Source of the DNA: Octopus vulgaris
Lineage: Eukaryota
Direction: 5' to 3'
NCBI GenBank assembly: GCA_951406725.2
Contig: OX597837.1
Location: 13,206,001-13,270,000, forward strand
Length of the DNA stretch: 64,000 bases
Under the pieces are notes generated by a model, which saw nothing but the letters and a program-made list of their open reading frames with translations, was not told the origin of the DNA and did no database searches. The translations under genes and the position numbers were made by a program. Positions 1 through 11,961 of the stretch are shown here, in pieces (the stretch's first letter is position 1; the number at the start of each line of letters is the position of its first letter).

Positions 1-9
1 CACCGTCAT

Positions 10-712
10 CATTATTATTGTCTTTGCACAGCTTCTAATGCTGGAGATGTACTACGGTGTCAGTTGTTCACTACCAGTGAACTAAGGACGCCACCTCTTA
101 TTTTTCAAGCGCCATCTGGAGTATTCGAGTGCTTCCAAGCAGTGCTGATTTCTGCAAGTGCTCCACCCTTATTGCAGCCCCTATTCAATCCATGTACTTC
201 CCAAGATTTTTTTTACTCACTGTTCCCAGAGCTCCAACAATTATTGGTACTACTACCACCTTTTGCATCGACCACAACTGCTTAACCTCCCAAGCTAACC
301 TGTCATATCTATCGACTTTTCTTTCTTCTTTATCACACACCTTGTTGTCAGCTGGGTATGCTATATCTATGATCCAGCATAGTTTGCTTTCTTTCTCAAT
401 TAACACTCTGTCTGGGTTCCTATTCTCTATCTCATGGTCGCACTGAATCATAAAATCCCATAGGATCTTTGCATTATTTTATATGGTGCCTTCAGATTTG
501 TGGTCGTACCACTTTTTTGCTCTGACAAGTCCATACTTGTTGCAAAGTGTCCAACAGGCAATCCTTGCTACATTGTTATGACGTCTCTTTTATTCCTTCT
601 GGGCTACTGGCCTACATTGACTGGTAATATGCCATACGGTTTCTCCATTTTGTCCGCAATTCTGCACTTTTCACTTTCTGATGTTTTGTCTATTCTGTAT
701 TTGATATAATTT
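10..712 (-). mobile_element. 5'-truncated, decayed RLE-type non-LTR retrotransposon (R4/Dong-like), 3' end
   Basis: Minus-strand translation with a frameshift and stops gives a CCHC knuckle (CRIxGQNGETVWHITSQC), then RHNNVA and KILWDFMIQCDHEIENRNPD..IIDIAYP..KVDRY..VPIIVGALG, a restriction-like endonuclease domain. Flanked by AAT/AAC-type microsatellite. Confidence 0.9.
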
Positions 713-773
713 GTTGTTGTTGTTGTTCTTCTTCTTCTTCTTCTCATTATTATTATTATCATTATTTACAGTT

Positions 774-1000
774 AAGGCAGTGACCTGGCAGAATTGTTAG
801 TGCGTCAGACAAAATGCCCAGCAGCGCATCTTCTGACTCTTTACATTCTGAGTTCAAATCTCACTGAAGTCAACTTAGCCTTTCATCTTTTCGGGGGAGG
901 GGGAGGGGTCAATGAAATGAAGTACCAGTAAAGCACTGGGGTCAGTATAATCAACTTGCACCCTCCCCTCAAAATTATTAACATTGTGCCAAAATTAAAA
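774..1000 (+). mobile_element. tRNA-derived SINE, family B (old copy)
   Basis: A-box/B-box-like head (tggcagaattg..gagttcaaatc) plus the central motif gcctttcatc..ggg..aagtaccag shared with about 20 other copies in the window. Confidence 0.8.
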
Positions 1001-1021
1001 CGTATTGCTACTACAACTGCT

Positions 1022-1029
1022 GCTGCTCA

Positions 1030-1078
<49 letters not shown>
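1022..1078. repeat. (CTA)n microsatellite
   Basis: Direct reading. Confidence 0.95.
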
Positions 1079-1079
<1 letters not shown>

Positions 1080-1130
1080 AATAAGGATTTGTTTGGAAAT
1101 GACAATGAGCTTGGTTTGAATTTTTACCGT

Positions 1131-1419
1131 CATCACCATCACCATCACCATCACCATCACCATCACCATCACCATCATCATCATCATCACCATCACCATC
1201 ACCATCACCATCACCATCATCATCACCATCACCATCACCATCATCATCACCATCACCATCACCATCACCATCATCATCATCATCACCATCACCATCACCA
1301 TCATCATCACCATCACCATCACCATCACCATCACCATCATCATCACCATCACCATCACCATCATCATCACCATCACCATCACCATCACCATCACCATCAC
1401 CATCACCATCATCACCATC
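1131..1419. repeat. (CATCAC)n/(CAT)n microsatellite
   Basis: About 290 bp of CAT/CAC triplets only; source of the spurious poly-His ORF. Confidence 0.95.
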
Positions 1420-1499
1420 AGCAATAGCAGTGGCAGTGGCAGCAGTAGCAGCATCACTAATGTGAGATCAGGTGAATGAATGTATGTCAACAGGTATGA

Positions 1500-1980
1500 G
1501 TCATAGTCATCACCATTGCCAAGAGCATCAGTAGCATCATCATCATCATCACCACTACCACCACCACCACCAACAACAACAACACCATTGTACCAGCATT
1601 AGTCATCATCATCATCATCACTAATGTGATCAGCTAAAGGTATGTAAGTCAGCAGGTAAGTAGGAGTCGTTGTCATCGTCATCATAACCCAAATCACCAT
1701 CAGCTGCAACATCATCATCATCAACACCACCACCATCATCGTTGTCATCATCATCATCACCATCATCATCACCACCATCATTGTCATCGTCGTTGTTGTC
1801 ATCATCATCACCACCACCATCATCGTTGTCATCATCACCATCATCATCATTGTCATCGTCATCATCACCACCATCATCGTCATCGTTGTCGTCATCATCA
1901 TCATCACCACCATCATCATCATTGTCATCGTCGTTGTTGTCATCATCATCACCACCACCACCATCATCGTCATCATCAGT
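1500..1980. repeat. Degenerate CAT/CAC/CGT trinucleotide tract
   Basis: Direct reading. Confidence 0.9.
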
Positions 1981-2522
1981 CTGTTATTTTTCAGTGAGGT
2001 TCATCCCTTAGTCATCCTGTCAATCAGCCGCCGTCATTAATCTATGACTAAATCATCCAAATTGCTTGACTCTCATCAGTTTGACCCTGCCACCACTTGA
2101 CAACTGGTGATGGTTTGTTTATGTCCCCATACCCGTAACTTACAGGTCTGACAAAAGAGATGGACAGAATAAGTACCAGATTTTTTTTTTAAATGTTGTG
2201 GGGGTGGGGTCGATTTGTCCAACTAATCCCTTCAATATGGTACTCCATCATGGCCACAGACCTATAACTGAAACAAGTAAAGGAATATGGAGTCGCTGTG
2301 TGGTAAGTAGCTTGCTTACTAACCACATGGTTCCGGCTTCAGTCCCACTGCATGGCATCTTGGGCTAGTGTTTTCTACTATAGCCTCGGGCTGACCAAAG
2401 CCTTGTGAGTGGATTTGGTAGATGGAGACAGAAAGAAGCCTATCGTATATATATATATATATACGTTTATATATTTGTTGTGCAAGATTTTTTATGTGAA
2501 GTCGTGTGTTGAAACAAATATT

Positions 2523-3354
2523 GTTATATTTCGGAATGGTCATTTTGCCAGTTTAGCCAATAAAAACACGCACTATATATTTGGTGTTATTTTGCTTCAG
2601 TGTTATTTATTTTTTTACATTTATCTTAATTTTATTTCAGCCAGAGTTCTTTCGTCACACTCCTGTGACCGCATCAGTGTTCCTTTGTTTTCTTCTTTCT
2701 TATTTGTGCCTCTCCTTACTAACCGTCAGCCATTTTGTATTTCTATTGTATGTCTTCATTTGCGCATGCTTATATCTCTATGTGCGTCTATGTTTAGTTA
2801 GTGTGTGTGTGTGGGGGGGATACAGATAAACAAATAGAAATAAATAACTATATAAGTTTTTTTTTATTTAATTTAAAAGATTTTTTGGATTTATTATTAT
2901 TATTACTAGTATTGTTGTTATACATACATACAAGCATACGTAATGATAATAATAATAAGTGGATGTAAACACATGAACAAAATAAGAATAAACAAAAACA
3001 ACAACAACAAAAACAAATTACACGAATATATATAATCAAGATACAAATATTACAGGCATCCCCCCACACACACACTAACTAAACATAGACGCACATAGAG
3101 ATATAAGCATGCGCAAATGAAGACATACAATAGAAATACAAAATGGCTGACGGTTAGTAAGGAGAGACACAAATAAGAAAGAAGAAAACAAAGGATCACT
3201 GATGAGGTCACAGGAGTGTGACGAAAGAACTCTGGCCGAAATAAGATTGAGATTAATGTAAAAAATAAATAACACTGAAGCAAAATAACACCAAATATAT
3301 AGTGCGTGTGTTTTTATTGGCTAAACTGGCAAAATGACCATTCCGAAATATAAC
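2523..3354. repeat. Long inverted repeat: arms 2523-2821 and 3058-3354, AT-rich spacer
   Basis: The arms are reverse complements over about 300 bp with few differences. Confidence 0.95.
3193..3237 (+). ncRNA. Minimal type I hammerhead ribozyme-like motif
   Basis: ggatca-CTGATGA-g-GTCACA(ggag)TGTGAC-GAAA-gaac-TC-tggcc: both core boxes, a 6-bp stem II and a short stem I. Confidence 0.55.
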
Positions 3355-3374
3355 TATATATATATATATATACA

Positions 3375-3570
3375 TAGTTAATCCAAACAAGAAAACACAA
3401 AAAAAACACAACAACGCGAGGACGTGGAACAAAGTATTATTGGACGCTCAGGAAAGAAGGAGGGTTTAACGTTTCGAGCGGAGCTCTTCGTCGGAAACAT
3501 AGGAGAAGGAAAGATCCTGAGAAGGGAAGACAGAGGAAAAAAAATCGCCAGCAGTACTCACGAGGTCACA
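3375..3570 (-). mobile_element. Penelope-like terminal fragment with a hammerhead-like motif
   Basis: Minus strand reads CCGACGA-a-GAGC(tcc)GCTC-GAAA-CGTTA, with palindromic AACGTT at stem III. Confidence 0.5.
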
Positions 3571-3597
3571 TATTGATATATATATATATATATATAT

Positions 3598-3720
3598 GGC
3601 CCACTGCCAGATTTGACTGGGCCTGATGAAGCCTTCTGGCTTCACAGACCCCAGTAGAACCGTCCAACCCATGCTAGCATGGAAAACGGACGCTAATCGA
3701 TGATGATGATGATGATGATG

Positions 3721-3722
<2 letters not shown>
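3598..3722 (+). mobile_element. Retroposon 3' tail ending in (GAT)n, RTE-related. Other copies near 4920, 7080, 13870 and 18600
   Basis: Recurrent cgtccaacccatgctagcatggaaa..gacgttaa followed by (gat)n. Confidence 0.7.
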
Positions 3723-3754
<32 letters not shown>

Positions 3755-4241
3755 TGTCTGTGTTTGTCCCCCACTATCGCTTGGTATCTGATGGTGGCAT
3801 GTCTACATCCCTGTAACTTAGCGGCTCAGCAAAAGAGACTGATAGAATAAGTACAAGGCTTACAAAGAATAAGTCCTGGGGTCGATTTGCTCGACTAAAG
3901 GTGGTGCTCCAGCATGGCCACAGTCAAATGACTGAAACAAATAAAAGAATATATCCATGTGTGTGTGTCCGTGTTTGCCCTCTCCCCACACCTACTGCTT
4001 GATAACCGGTGTTGGTGTGGTTATGTCCCCCATAACTTAGAATAAGAAGCAGGCTTTAAAAAAATGTCTAGAGTCAAGCCATTCGACTAAAATTCTTCAA
4101 AAGTGGTGCCCCAGCATGGCCGCAGTCTAATGAATGAAACAAGTCAAAAATAAAAGAAGTAAATATCCTGAACCGAACATAAAGAAGTTTCCAGAAAGGT
4201 TTTTTTTTTCTTCTTCTAAGAAATGAATCACTTAAACCAAC

Positions 4242-4418
4242 CTGACTCATTGCTCTGAAATACAGAGTTAGCATCATTAGTTTGGTATTCACTGTTTTGA
4301 AAAGCCAAACATGGTTCTTGGTCACGTAGTACAAATGTCTTGTTCTTTTCAATGAAATAAGCTGGTTTAAGTTTTATAATTTCTTTTTTTAGATAAAAAT
4401 CTATGTGGAGAAGTGTTT
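4242..4418 (-). CDS. Candidate internal coding exon, product unknown
   Basis: Acceptor tttatctttaacttatcAG and donor CAG|GTtggt enclose a 177-nt stop-free frame: TLLHIDFYLKKEIIKLKPAYFIEKNKTFVLRDQEPCLAFQNSEYQTNDANSVFQSNES. No family recognised. Confidence 0.25.
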
Positions 4419-6140
4419 CTGATAAGTTAAAGATAAATGTACACGTGACTTCAACACTAAGAAAAATGGTATTTTCTGAGTGGTATGGCTAAGCTACTGG
4501 TTGAGTCATAACCTCTTATGTGCTCCAAGTGTATTTGCTGATTAGGTTATGAGTGAGGTTCTAAAGGGCCCTTATGCACATCAGAATTAATATCAGCCTG
4601 ATGCTACGAAGACTGTGGGCTGTAAGAGTTTACATGAAGTACTTTCACAGATTTGGTACTGAGTTGGGGACCCTGAGCTATGTGAAGAACAACCGTTCAT
4701 GCCAGGCTCCTGGTTAGGAGATAATTTCTCTCTCTCTCTCTCTCTCTCCACCAGTCATGGAGGCCTTGGAAATGGACTGATCAATAAAAAACATGATTAA
4801 GTGTTCAATTATAATTTTGATCATGGCTATTGTTCATATCAGTCAAATCCATCATCATCATTATTATCCTCATTGTCATCGTCATCATTATCAATATCAT
4901 CATCATCATCATTAACATTATTGTTTTAATGTCCACTTTTCCATGCTAGCATGGCTCAGACGGAATTTGTCGAGGTGGATTTTCTATGGCTGGATGCTCT
5001 TCCTGTCACCAACACACCCCATGGCCAGACATAGTCCCATGGAAGGACAGAAGCAAAGGACACCGCTTGCATGAGGGTGACACTCATTTACATCTATCGC
5101 ACAAAGTCAAGACCAGGAGACAGTAACACATCTGCACCCATCCAAACAACCCCTCCACACAGACACGCATACTCACGCACACACACACGTATACTCATGC
5201 ATACTCGCGCACACACATATATATATGATGGGCTTCTTTCAGTTTTCATCTATCAAAACCACTCACAAGGCTGCCCAAAAACACAACACTTGCCCAAAAT
5301 TCTGACTGAACCTGAGACTTTGCGGATAAGAAGCAAAATTCTTACCACACGGCCACACCTACAGCCAGTTCCATGTTCTTGACATGGAACACAGTTACTG
5401 ATTTGGTTGCAGAAAGAATCCTTAATTATTTGAGTCTCATGCTATTAACACCACGGCACAATGACAGAATGACAAACTGCTTTCGGACATAACTCACCAA
5501 CTTACAAACAAACACCACGTGTATAATATTGACACTGAGTGAGTACCATTGATAGAATATTGATCCGAATATTGATCAGATATAACTCAGTTTTGTATAA
5601 ACTGACATCAAGTACATAGTATTGACCCCCAAGTTATAACCAGTGATGGAATATTGATCCGAAATAACAGGGCGATCTGATTTGTAACAAAAATACATTT
5701 ACTATTGACAAAGACATGGCTTCTGAGTAAAAACCTTGTGAAAAATGAAAGCTAAAAATCAACTCAAACATTGAGATCTAAGCATTGTTCAATATTAAAA
5801 TGCAATGCTCTGCCATTTGAACCAGCCGCTGGCCAATATCATATCATACCATTGATCATAGTTGATCAATACAGGCTTTGGATCCAGGGAGGGGGGGTAT
5901 GAATAACAGGATCAGATATTCTGCTTGAGTGAGTTACAACGTGGGGAGATGATTGGACGGATGCTGGCCTGAGGAATGGGAAACTTTCAAAAAAGGAAAA
6001 CCTGTTTATCCAGCATCAGATGCATGAGGAGATTTATCATTGGGCTGTGACCATGCTGGAGCACTGCCTTCAAGAGTTTGGTCAAACAAATCAAACCGAG
6101 GATTGTTTTTTGGAAAAAAAAAAAAAAAACTGGTATATAT

Positions 6141-6540
6141 ACTCTTTTACTTGTTTCAGTCATTTGACTGCGGCCATGCTGGTGCACTGCCTTTAGTCGA
6201 GCAAATCGACCCCGGGACTTATTCTTTTGTAAGCCCAGTACTTATTCTATCGGTCTCTTTTGCCGAACAGCTAAGTAACGGGGACGTAAAAACACGAGCA
6301 TCGGTTGTCAAGCAATGCTAGGGGGACAAACACAGACACACAAACAAACACATACATATACATGTATATACATATATACGACAGGCTTCTTTCAGTTTCC
6401 GTCTACCAAATCCACTCACAAGGCTTTGGTCGGCCCGAGGCTATAGTAGAAGACACTTGCCCAAGGTGCCACGCAGTGGGACTGAACCCGGAACCATGCG
6501 GTTGGTAAACAAGCTACTTACCACACAGCCACTCCTGCAC
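6141..6540 (-). mobile_element. SINE family A, full length
   Basis: tRNA-like head, CORE-like caccttgggcaagt, microsatellite linker, tail ending actgaaacaagtaaaagag. Confidence 0.9.
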
Positions 6541-7107
6541 TATTCTATTGGTCTCTTTTGCTGAACTGCTATGGAGATGTAAACAAACCAACATAAGTTG
6601 TCAGGCTGTGGTAGGGGACAATAAAAACTCAAATACAAAGACATATATACATACACACATTCAAACACATACACGTACACATACATGCATTCAGACACAG
6701 ATGTGCATGCACACACACACATTCACAGACACTTACAATGGGCTTCTTCGCAATTTCCATCTTCCAAATTCACTTTAGAGGCATTGATCAGCCCAGGGCT
6801 ATAGCTGAAGTCAGTTGCCCATAGTGCCACACAGTACCACACACACATACGAATGTGTGAGGGTATCTGTGTCTGTGTGTGTGTATGTGCCCTTGTCTAG
6901 ACATCATGTGGTGGTTGCAAGTAAGCATCACTTGCGTAGAAACAATGTCGATCGTTTCCAGTCTTCTGTGTAAACCATGTCTGATCCTCGGGTGCATGGG
7001 ATGGGAATCTTACCTGGAAACAGGTGAAGGTTTATGACAGGTAAAGGCTTCCATCCACCTCAACAAAATTCTCTCTAACCCATTCAAGCAAGGAAAAGTG
7101 AACATTA

Positions 7108-7497
7108 AATGATGATGATGATGGTGATGATGATGATGATGACGACGACAATGATGATGATGACAACGATGGTGATGATGATGATGATGGTGATGATGAC
7201 GACGATGATGATGACGACGATGGTGATGATGATGACGATAATGATGATGATGATGACGATGATGATGATGATGACGACGATGGTGATGATGACGACGATG
7301 GTGATGATGACGATGATGATAATGACGATGATGGTGATGATGATGACGACAACGATGATGATGACGACAACGATGGTGATGATGATGACGACAATGATGA
7401 TGACGACGACGATGGTGATGATGATGGCGACGATGGTGATAATGATGACCATAAGGATGACGATGATGACAACAAGAATAATAACGATGATGATGAT
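7108..7497. repeat. (GAT/GAC/GGT)n trinucleotide tract
   Basis: Direct reading; it extends the (GAT)n tail of an RTE-related repeat. Confidence 0.95.
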
Positions 7498-7720
7498 TGA
7501 ACGACAACAGCCTGCAATGTCACCAACATGCACCCCACACACACACACACTGGCTGACATAGTACAAAATGACAACCTCTCAACTGGTATTTTGCAGTCT
7601 GTCCGATGCACATTTGAGCCATGCCATGCACCAGTTGCTGCATCGTCTCCGTTGCAGCAAGACAGTCTGAGAAAGTTGAGCATTTGGAACCAGCAAATCA
7701 ATAGAAGAGCCATAATGGTG

Positions 7721-7820
7721 GGGGGCGGGGGGAAACTCGGGCACTGATTGGTTATGGTCACTTAAACACGTGATCGTTGCTATGGGAACCTTGTGGAGAC
7801 GCTGTGCTTAACTGGTGAGT
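7721..7820 (+). promoter_or_regulatory. Promoter-like motif cluster (GC box, CCAAT, E-box, RFX X-box) followed by a consensus splice donor
   Basis: GGGGCGGGG 7722-7730; CTGATTGG 7744-7751; CACGTG 7767-7772; GTTGCTATGGGAAC 7776-7789; CTG|GTGAGT at 7815. Confidence 0.4.
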
Positions 7821-7865
7821 GATTGAACTGGTCAATGGGATTATTGTGAAAGTAGTAGTAGTAGT

Positions 7866-7897
<32 letters not shown>

Positions 7898-8019
7898 CAG
7901 CAGCAGCAGTAGTAGCAGCAGCAGCAGTAGTAGTGGTGGTGGTGGTGGCAGTAAGTTGTGATGACACTTGGGCGGCCCACTACGACAGTTTTTGTGATTC
8001 ATATCACATTATCATAATA

Positions 8020-8645
8020 TTACCATAGTAACAATATCATTAGCACACTAGATATCATTACAATGGCGGTTATATCAATAACATCAGTTATCATTACCAT
8101 AACAACTATGTCATTAGCACTAATTATTATTACCATAGAAATTATATTATTAACACTTATTATAATAACCTCTGCAGTTACATCATTACATCGTTAGTGT
8201 AATTATCATTGCCAGAGTTATTATATCATTATCATTATAAGACCAGTTATTTCATTAACGCTAATTATCATTACCACGGTAGTTACATCATTAACACTGT
8301 AGTTATTACAACAACTGCATCATAAATGCTGTAATTATCATAACCACAGTAGTTATTTCATTTTCACTAATTATTACGACATTCACATCCTTAGCACAAG
8401 TTATCATTACTATTATGACTACATCATTAATGCTGTGGCTGTTATTACGACAACAGTTATTTCACTAACACTGATTATCATTACAATAACAAGAATATCG
8501 TTAGCGATGTAATTATCATTACAACAGCAGCTCAATTATATCATTAACACACTAATCATCATTACTGCAACAGTTACCTCACCAGCATCATAATTATCAT
8601 TATGATAGCGAGCGTATCATTACTAATGTAATAACCATTAAAACA
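8020..8645. repeat. Degenerate minisatellite, unit about 36 bp
   Basis: Recurring taattatcattac..agttatatcattaacac-like unit. Confidence 0.75.
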
Positions 8646-8682
8646 GGAGTTGCATAATTTATTTTTGTAATCACAAGTTACC

Positions 8683-8809
8683 TATTTCTTTATTACCCAC
8701 AAGGGGCTAAACATAGAGGGGACAAACAAGGACAGACATAGGTATTAAGTCGATTACATTGACCCCAGTGCGTAACTGGTACTTTATCGACCCCGAAAGG
8801 ATGAAAGAA
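8683..8809 (-). mobile_element. 5'-truncated SINE family B with 17-bp TSD
   Basis: tgtaatcacaagttacc at 8666-8682 and 8810-8826. Confidence 0.9.
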
Positions 8810-9680
8810 TGTAATCACAAGTTACCACAGTAGCTTTGCCGGAAACCCTGTAATCATTAGAAGCCTCTCGTTTCGGGAATAAATGCTTGGCAATATCTCT
8901 TCTCTTTTATGTGCTGAGCTTAAATCCTGCCGAGGACAACACGAATTACACCTACTTCTGAAAACTGCTGGCCTTATTCCAAAATTTGAAACTATTTAAA
9001 GGGAAAAAATTTGACAAGACAGTCAGTCGTCCACTGACACTCGTTGATGCTACATCGAAGAGGCCAGGGAACAGAAGAAAGAAGACATGCCACCCAACAC
9101 CAGAGCTGAAGACACCTCTGAAAGTGGGGGGGGGGGCACCACATCAAAACGGTAGAGGAGTAGGGGCCGAAACCGGACATGGTTCCTCCTGATGATGTCT
9201 TGAGCTAACTGGATCCTATAAAGGAGCTGTTGTGGTAGCAGACCACGAAACACGGTTGAAATTCCCTCCATGTTTCAGATTTTTTGCACGTTAGATATAT
9301 TTCATCTCCTCATGGCACTACAACATAAATCTGGTTTCATTTATTTTATTTATATATTTAAAAAACATTCACATTGCAGTTATGCACTTCCTGAGTTCAA
9401 TTCCATGGCCAGGTATCTCACATCAGAGTTCGTCTATCATAGCCTCAAATCAGCAAAAGATTGATTCAATAGAATTGGTAACGAGAAATGAGAGTTGGAT
9501 CTATTACTTGCCGAGAGATAGCACTATCTATCAATTACACCAATTAGATTCCGTCAGTCGTAATCTGGACAAACTAATGGCATTACCTTGCCACACGAAA
9601 TACGAATATCAGAGACATCTTTGTAATCATCCAATCACCATTAGATAGGCCTTCCTACTACCATATGTGTATATGTGTGT

Positions 9681-9978
9681 GGAGGCGAAATGGCCCAGTG
9701 GTTAGGGCAGCGGACTCGTGGTCGTAGGATCACAGTTTCGATTCCCAGACCAAGCGTTGTGAGTGTTTATTGAGCAAAAACACCTAAAAGCTCCACAAGG
9801 CTCCGGCAGGGGGTGGTGGTGATCCCTGCTGTACTCTTTCACCACAGCTTTCTCTCACTCTTTCTTCTGTTGGCCTACTCGCTTACCCAGCAGGGTAGCA
9901 TCATTGAAGATTAAAACAATGTGAAGCGCATTGTGACCAGCGATGTGTAGCAACATCTAATGGCCTAGTCGGTCACGT

Positions 9979-9980
<2 letters not shown>
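9681..9980 (+). mobile_element. tRNA-derived SINE family C, full length
   Basis: Head ggaggcg..tggcccagtggttaggg..gtttcgattcc; matches the copies at 36.2, 46.2, 48.7 and 59.3 kb. Confidence 0.9.
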
Positions 9981-10025
<45 letters not shown>

Positions 10026-10253
10026 GTGTGTGTTTGCATGTATACATGTACATATATATGCATGTATGTATAATCTTAATTTATTATTCAATGTATATAT
10101 ATATTAAGCATAGGAAGACTTTTTTGAGAAGTGGCCCGAATGAGACATGGCTCATCATCAAATGGACTGCATTGTTGAAAAAATATTCAAGGTAATTTTT
10201 TCCATTGACATATCATTCAGAAAATCAATTTACCCATGGCTAGTGTACATGTA

Positions 10254-10627
10254 TGTGTGGTAAGTAGCTTGCTAACCAACCACATGGTTCCGGGTTCAGT
10301 CCCACTGCGTGGCACCTTGGGTAAGTGTCTTCTGCTATAGCCCCGGGCCGACCAATGCCTTGTGAGTGGATTTGGTAGACGGAAACTGAAAGAAGCCTGT
10401 TGTATATATATATATATATGTGTGTGTCTGTGTTTGTCCCCTTAGCATTGCTTGACAACCGATGCTGGTGTGTTTACGTCCCCGTCACTTAGCGGTTCGG
10501 CAAAAAAAGAGACCGATAGAATAAGTACTGGGCTTACAAAGAATAAGTCCTGGGGTCGATTTGCTCGACTAAAGGCGGTGCTCCAGCATGGCCGCTGTCA
10601 AATGACTGAAACAAGTAAAAGAGAAAG
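10254..10627 (+). mobile_element. SINE family A, young copy
   Basis: Near-consensus head, (TA)n linker and tail; most CpGs retained. Confidence 0.9.
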
Positions 10628-10752
10628 AGATATGCATATATATATGTATATGCATATTTACATGTATGTTTATATATATATATGTATGTATGAGTAAACC
10701 ATTTGATATATCTTTATGCTATAGAAACGCAATGTTCAATATTAAAACTAGC

Positions 10753-10965
10753 GATGGTGGTGACTGGCAGAATCGTTTGCACGCCGGGCAAAATGCTTAG
10801 CGACATTTTGTCTGTCTTTATGTGGAGTTGAAATTCTGCCAAGGTCGACCTTGCCCTTCGTCCTTTCGGAGTCGATAAAACAACCACCAGTTGAGCCTTG
10901 GGGGTTGATGTAATTGATTTACCCCACTCCCACTGAACTTTCTGGTCGTTTGCCAGAATTTGAAA
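10753..10965 (+). mobile_element. SINE family B
   Basis: Matches the other family B copies. Confidence 0.8.
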
Positions 10966-11147
10966 TCAATATTAAACCTATTGTAGTATCATGTAATCTA
11001 ATATGCAGGTATAAATATGCATGTAAAATACAGGTAGAAAATGTAGATTTATTTACAGTTAAGCTTATATTACCATTAGCATTTGTATGGTGGTATATTT
11101 GCATATGTATGTATATATATATGTGTGTGTGTGTGTATGCATAACAT

Positions 11148-11204
<57 letters not shown>

Positions 11205-11205
11205 T

Positions 11206-11597
11206 CAGGAGTGGCTGTGTGGTAAGTAGCTTGTTTACCAACCACATAGTCCCAGATTCAGTCCCACTGATGGCACCTTGGGCAAGTGCCTTCTACTATA
11301 GCCTTGGGCCGACCAAAGCCTTGGGAGTGGATTTGGTAGACGGAAACTGAATGAAGCCTGTTGTATATGTATCTATATATATATATGTGTGTGTATGTTT
11401 GTGTCTGTGCTTGTCACCCCAACATCACTTGACAACCGATGCTGGTGTGTTTACCTCCCTGTAACTTTGCGGTTCAGCAAAAGAGACCGATAGAATAAGT
11501 ACTAAGCTTACAAAGAATAAGTCCTGGAGTCTATTTGCTTGACTAAAAGGCAGTGCTCCAGCATGGCCACTGTCAAATGACTGAAACAAATAAAAGT
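11206..11597 (+). mobile_element. SINE family A, full length
   Basis: Matches the other family A copies; CpG-decayed. Confidence 0.9.
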
Positions 11598-11625
11598 ATA
11601 TATGTATGTATATATATATATATTT

Positions 11626-11961
11626 AAAATTGAATAAATAGAGTCAAGAATAAGTAGGTTTAGACATCTATTTAATAAACACTACACATGTTTCGATACA
11701 ACATAGATCCATATATACACTGGATTTAAATTAAGCAATGGTTTACCTGTATAATGGAATCCAGTTGGATGTGTTAGCATCAGAGTCAAAGATTTACTAA
11801 CGGGGACAGTGATTATATATCACCTGAGGAGATATATTTGGATCCCATTATACAAGTAAACCGTTGCTTAATTTGAATCATGTGTATATGTATCGAAACA
11901 TGTGTAGTGTTTATTAGATAGCTGTCTAAACCTACTCATTCTTGACTATTTATTCAATTTT
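11626..11961. repeat. Inverted repeat: arms 11626-11763 and 11839-11961
   Basis: aaaattgaataaatagagtcaagaat.. is the reverse complement of ..attcttgactatttattcaatttt, with small indels. Confidence 0.9.
11821..11909 (+). ncRNA. Type I hammerhead-like motif with a long loop II
   Basis: CAC-CTGAGGA-GATATAT..ATGTATC-GAA-ACA(tg)TGT-A-GTG: intact core, GUA cleavage triplet, 3-bp stem I. Confidence 0.5.

Larger units (their letters stand above)
2289..3950 (+). mobile_element. SINE family A (head 2289-2447, tail about 3750-3950) split by nested insertions in its (TA)n linker
   Basis: Head and tail match the contiguous copies at 10254-10627 and 11206-11597. Confidence 0.8.

Noticed and set aside
1005-1427. 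Poly-Leu plus poly-His ORF resembling a secreted metal-binding protein
   Set aside because: Almost wholly (CTA)n and (CATCAC)n microsatellite, with a TTG start; open frames are expected in such repeats.
7580-7670. Minus-strand peptide GMAQMCIGQTAK resembling FKBP12 GVAQMSVGQRAK
   Set aside because: The flanking FKBP motifs (VIRGW, YAYG) are absent; likely chance.
7010-7761. Four overlapping ORFs of 165-218 aa
   Set aside because: Produced by the GAT/GAC tract, which lacks stops in several frames.
9681-9755. tRNA genes at SINE heads (also near 48990, 59570, 60330)
   Set aside because: No closing acceptor stem; each continues into a SINE body.
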